Source: Chrysomallon squamiferum
Taxonomy: Eukaryota; Animalia; Mollusca
Direction of reading: 5' to 3'
Length of the DNA: 64,000 nt
Assembly (NCBI GenBank): GCA_012295275.1
Contig: CM022679.1
Coordinates: 1,302,001 to 1,366,000, forward strand
Shown: positions 29,826 through 64,000 of the stretch, in pieces
How the letters are laid out: every line of letters begins with the position of its first letter
How positions within the stretch are numbered: the first letter of the stretch is position 1
Program-made: the position numbers and the translations under genes
Notes under the pieces: model-generated
The model's input: the letters and a program-made list of their open reading frames with translations, nothing else
Databases searched by the model: none
Told to the model about the DNA's origin: nothing

Positions 29826-30786
29826 ATGAAGACCGCATATTTCTTGCTTTTCTGCTGGCCTTGACCTTGGTTCCTGAAAACGTGGACGGCTGGTTCTTCC
29901 GATCCGTGCGAAGAATTCGCGTCAGTCCGTATCACACACTTGGTTGTATGGCGGCCTGTAAGTGGGCCAGGAGCTGGGCATGCAAGGTGTGCAAGAGGAA
30001 GAGAGGACTGGACGTGCGAGCTCAGCCAGCAGAGGTAGTTTGAAAATCTCGATACAGAATTATTTAAACGGTTTCAATAAGCTTCATCTGCTAACGTTTC
30101 GTACGAGTTTAAACTTTACAAAATATTTCTAAATTTCAGGATGCTGACGATGTCGCAGCTTTGAAAGAACTGGATCTGAACGGAGATGGTTTTGCTGATC
30201 TGCATGAAATCTCTGTAGCATCGGGTCTGAAACCCAGAAACATGGTTCAAATGAAAAAATTCCACGCTGCAGACAGAAATGGTAGGTGTATCTGTATAAC
30301 AGTGGGTAGGGAGATCATTTTTAAATTGAAATGTAAATATCACATTTCACAACATTAAGGAAATGTCGTGAAACAGCAAATGTATGCATTAGTGAAATAC
30401 ATCGTAACAGTTGGTAAATGTTCAAATTCTTAAATTAAAAATTGTAGGTGACGGTAAACTGGACGCATCTGAATTGGACGACTTCAACTTCGTGGATAAA
30501 AATGAACGTAAGTAAAAATGTTCAGTAGAATCGTGTTACCGACATTTAGCAGACCCAGTCTTGGGTCACGTTAACCACGTTCTAATTCCAGACAACCGTG
30601 TCCATAAATTTAAATATACCGTTTTAAATGTTCGGATCACTGAAATTTTAAGTTTATTTTTTTGGACTTGTCATAAATATTAATGTACAAGTTTGTTAAA
30701 ATTAATACTGAATTTGTAAATATTTCTAATTTGTAGTTGTAGAAGCGGTTGACGAAGACGGAGCTGATGAGGACGTCACACCATGA
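29826..30786 (+). pseudogene. Copy B of the cationic peptide-EF-hand precursor; as assembled it has a 1-bp frameshift in the signal peptide (pseudogene or homopolymer error)
   Basis: Exons 29826-30034, 30140-30281, 30448-30507, 30737-30786 (TGA). The ATG frame reads MKTAYFLLFCWP* (TGA 29862-29864) because of a 1-nt loss near 29848-29851. The downstream frame is intact and the mature peptide is identical to copy A. Confidence 0.75.
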
Positions 30787-31437
30787 ACCGCTAAACTAAA
30801 ACTGGGTTGAAGGGTAATAAAAAAAAAAAAAAATAAATAAATAAATAAATAAATAAAAATTTGAAAAATGATTTGGTGTCCGTTTTCCTTTAAGATGGTA
30901 TAAATGAAAAGGTATAAATGAAAAGGTTAAATCTACAAGTGCGTGTCAAGAATTAAACTTGGACATTTGACGATTTATAACAATGTATTTTCTGATAAGC
31001 GGACGTTCAATACGTGCGATGTGAAATGCCTGAACGGTCAACATTTCTCATGTCTGTTTTCAAAAATGGACTAATGTAAATTTGTGAAAGTTACTTTCTT
31101 TCCCAAATGAAATTGTTTTGTATACACCAGAACAAAATAAAAATGGATGCAGTAAGCATATTGAATACCATGAGAATTGTTCAATTCGGGAGAAAAAAAG
31201 AAAATGTCGTTTATGAATTAATGGATGTAAACTGTCAGAATTTTCCGGTTTTCTTTAAACAAATTTTAAACTAAAACCCCTTGCATGAAACGATATTTGC
31301 TGTCGCGTTTTTTTTTTTTTTCTTAACTTTAGGAAAATAGTAGTAGAGTAAACTAAAACGATCTGACGGAAACCAATGATCGGTATTTTATACTTAATAA
31401 ACAGCTATAGAACAAAGAAAACATTGACTGTAAGACC

Positions 31438-31474
<37 letters not shown>

Positions 31475-33369
31475 TTTTGTTTGTCACTGTGTCTAGTGCA
31501 TGTTTTATATCAAAAGTACGTAGTCGTTTATGTCTGTTCTGTTAAACGGAGAACAAATAAACTGCTACTTACAAATAACAGAAGCTCCACGAAAAAAACG
31601 AGCACATTAAACTTTCTTCCCCCACAAGATCTCCAACTGTCAGTTACTGTCCATTAATACTTTTTTTTTTTTTTACGGACGCTGGATATTTTTATATTAA
31701 AAAATGTATTATTACTGTTAATATTGTTATTATTACTGTTATTATTAAATAAAAATTATTTAGAAAGAACTAAAATATATTTAAGTAGATAAATAAGAAA
31801 TATTCTTAAGTTTCCTGAACGCATAATATGGGATATGAGATCAATAAATCTTTGACGTCAGAGCTAATCGATATTTTCGACTTAATGAACTGTGTACAAT
31901 ATAAAATGGCCGATTAAATCGAGAAATAAACCGTATTTCTTTTTTTCTTCTTCTTCTCTCTGATTTTAAAATCTTGATCACTATTAAAATACATGTTATG
32001 GAAGCGGGGATAAAGGTGGAAATACATATTCTAGATATAACCACTGTTTACTATGTTTAAATGTATACATAAACTATATCAAAAAAAGATGTAACATATC
32101 AAACCTTAAAAGTCACCACTTGTAATACCAGAATAATAACAACAAACCCCCCCCCAAAACAATAGCCAACAACCAGCAACCAGCAAACAACAAAACCCGC
32201 AAATAATAACAACAAACAGCAACAAATATCAAAAAAAACAAAAAAAAAAAAAACAAACACGCAACAAGATCCAGCAAAAAACACAACAATAAGACAATAA
32301 CATAACAATAATAATAATAATATAATAATAACCTAACTTTGTCATTTTTCTGTATTACTTTATTATCAACAAACATTGTAACAGATGTTTTTTAAAGACT
32401 TGACCAGCTTACAGATCAGGGTCAGTCAACAAACGGGTTCTGTAATACACAGGGGATTTCATTGGCCAAGTTCACTGGTCAGAGTGAAGAGGGTTTCTAC
32501 AGAGTGAGGTTAATTGATGAAGACTAACGAGAGAGTTTTGTCATTTCATACAGAAACTCTTTCATGTCTGCAGTTTATAAAACACAAAATTATCATTGTC
32601 AATGTTTCATGATAAATAAAATAAAATAAAATAAATAATTTGATCTTACAGTTTTTTTAATATTCTTTTTTTCTGTGAATAGTCTTTTCTTTAAATTGTT
32701 GTAATTTTTTGTTTTGTTGTTTTGATGTTGTTGTTATTTCTTAGATTCTACACATACATGTTAACATAAAGTACATACAACACTACACAGCAGTTTTAAA
32801 AAAATAACAACAAATAAAATTTAAATCGTGGACATCTGGGAGGTATTTAAACTAGATTTAAATTCAAAAAATTCAATAAATTAATATACAATTCACACAT
32901 ACGCACACACTCTCACACACACACAGACACACACATACATACACAAACACTCAAACAATAAAACTAATACTAGGAAATACATTATAAGAAATGAATGTAG
33001 ACCGTGTAGGTACGTTTAACAAAATGAAAGTAAGCTAAATAAACACGTGTAGCCTACAACTGGGTGTTCACATGAGAACAATTACACTTAAAATCCATAC
33101 AGTCTATAACTGTATCTGAAATCTCTATATTTCTGGCAAACACGTTGAATTTTTGATGAAATTGCGCAGTAGTTTGAACCGCGGGCGACTTCATTCCTGT
33201 GATTTCGAACAGCGGGATCGAATCTTCCCATCGACCGGTTATTGCTCTTTATTATTAAATTTTTAATGTTGTTCAAACACGGACATTTTTACCAAAAGCT
33301 CTCTAAACCTGTCTGTGTCAATACTCCGTATTGTGCGCTGTTTGAATACGGACAGAAAAAAAGTCTATG

Positions 33370-33460
33370 AAAATATAAACCCGACAACAAAACGACGGCG
33401 AGAAGAAAAGAAATAAAAATACGAGGTTTTGTTCAATACGTCTGTTAACGAGGGACTTTT
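33370..33460 (+). promoter_or_regulatory. Putative TATA box (TATAAA 33374-33379) and non-coding first exon of the mosaic lectin gene
   Basis: TATAAA followed by donor TTTT|GTAAGT at 33461 and acceptor TTTTCTACAG at 33641, upstream of the ATG at 33706. Confidence 0.45.
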
Positions 33461-33705
33461 GTAAGTTTCTCTGTTTGTCAATAACTTTATACCGTTTCCT
33501 TGCTTTTCAATTCTAACTTAAAAACAGCAAGGTCTTTTAATCAGTCGATTGATTGATTTCTTGTATTGCCTCCGAGTTAAACATTCTGCAGGTCAATAGC
33601 TGAGCACGGGGACGGCACAATAGCGAGTTAATTTTCTACAGGTTCCGCCTGTTTAACTGTGAACGTGCACGCTGCAGTCTCCCACATCGTCTCTGCTACG
33701 CCAGG

Positions 33706-63515
<29,810 letters not shown>

Positions 63516-63540
63516 GTGAGTGTTTTACAACTCTTCTTCA

Positions 63541-63742
63541 ATACAGTCATTGTCAGTACAGTCAGTTTCAGTACAGTCATTTTCAATACAGTCATTTTCA
63601 ATACAGTCATTTTCTGTACAGTCATTTTCTGTACAGTCATTTTCAATACAGTCTTTTTCAGTACAGTCATTTTCATTACAGTCATTTTCAGTACAGTCAT
63701 TTTCAATACAGTCATTTTCTGTACAGTCATTTTCAGTACAGT
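63541..63742 (+). repeat. 15-bp minisatellite (TACAGTCATTTTCAG), about 13 copies
   Basis: Direct inspection of the sequence. Confidence 0.85.
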
Positions 63743-63835
63743 ACTCCATTACTTCTCTCTGTGTATGTTGTGTGTGGGTTGCATAATGTATATCTCTCTG
63801 TGTTTGTGTTAGTGTTTGTGTATATTGTTTGTATG

Positions 63836-63869
<34 letters not shown>

Positions 63870-64000
63870 TGTATGTATGTATGTATGTATGTATATATGT
63901 ATGTATTTATGCATACCTAAAAAGCATAACTTACATATACACTAAATCACATCTGTTTATGTTTATTGAAGTAATTTATAAGAGATGATTATCACAGAGA

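Overview
AT-rich, intron-rich eukaryotic DNA full of (CA)n, (GA)n and (ATT)n microsatellites, most consistent with an invertebrate and probably a mollusc (inference). Most entries in the ORF track are microsatellite artefacts. Manual splicing of GT-AG exons gives five genes: (1) the 3' ten exons of an ANKFN1/wide-awake-like gene (+, to 8067); (2) a complete 10-exon SLC25A38 mitochondrial glycine carrier (-, 15837-19242); (3, 4) a head-to-head pair of small secreted precursors (-, 27574-28230; +, 29826-30786); (5) a very large secreted mosaic C-type lectin/PAN/Sushi/EB-like/WSC gene (+, 33706 to beyond the window end). The pair is the best candidate for an undescribed system. Its architecture is signal peptide, then a 34-aa cationic 4-Cys peptide, a KRKR site, and an acidic two-EF-hand domain, which suggests a Ca2+-linked antimicrobial-peptide precursor. 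The two copies show a gene-conversion-like tract, differ by one intron, and one carries a frameshift. A second recurring pattern is that many minisatellites are tandem amplifications of exon-intron junctions that multiply splice donors or acceptors.
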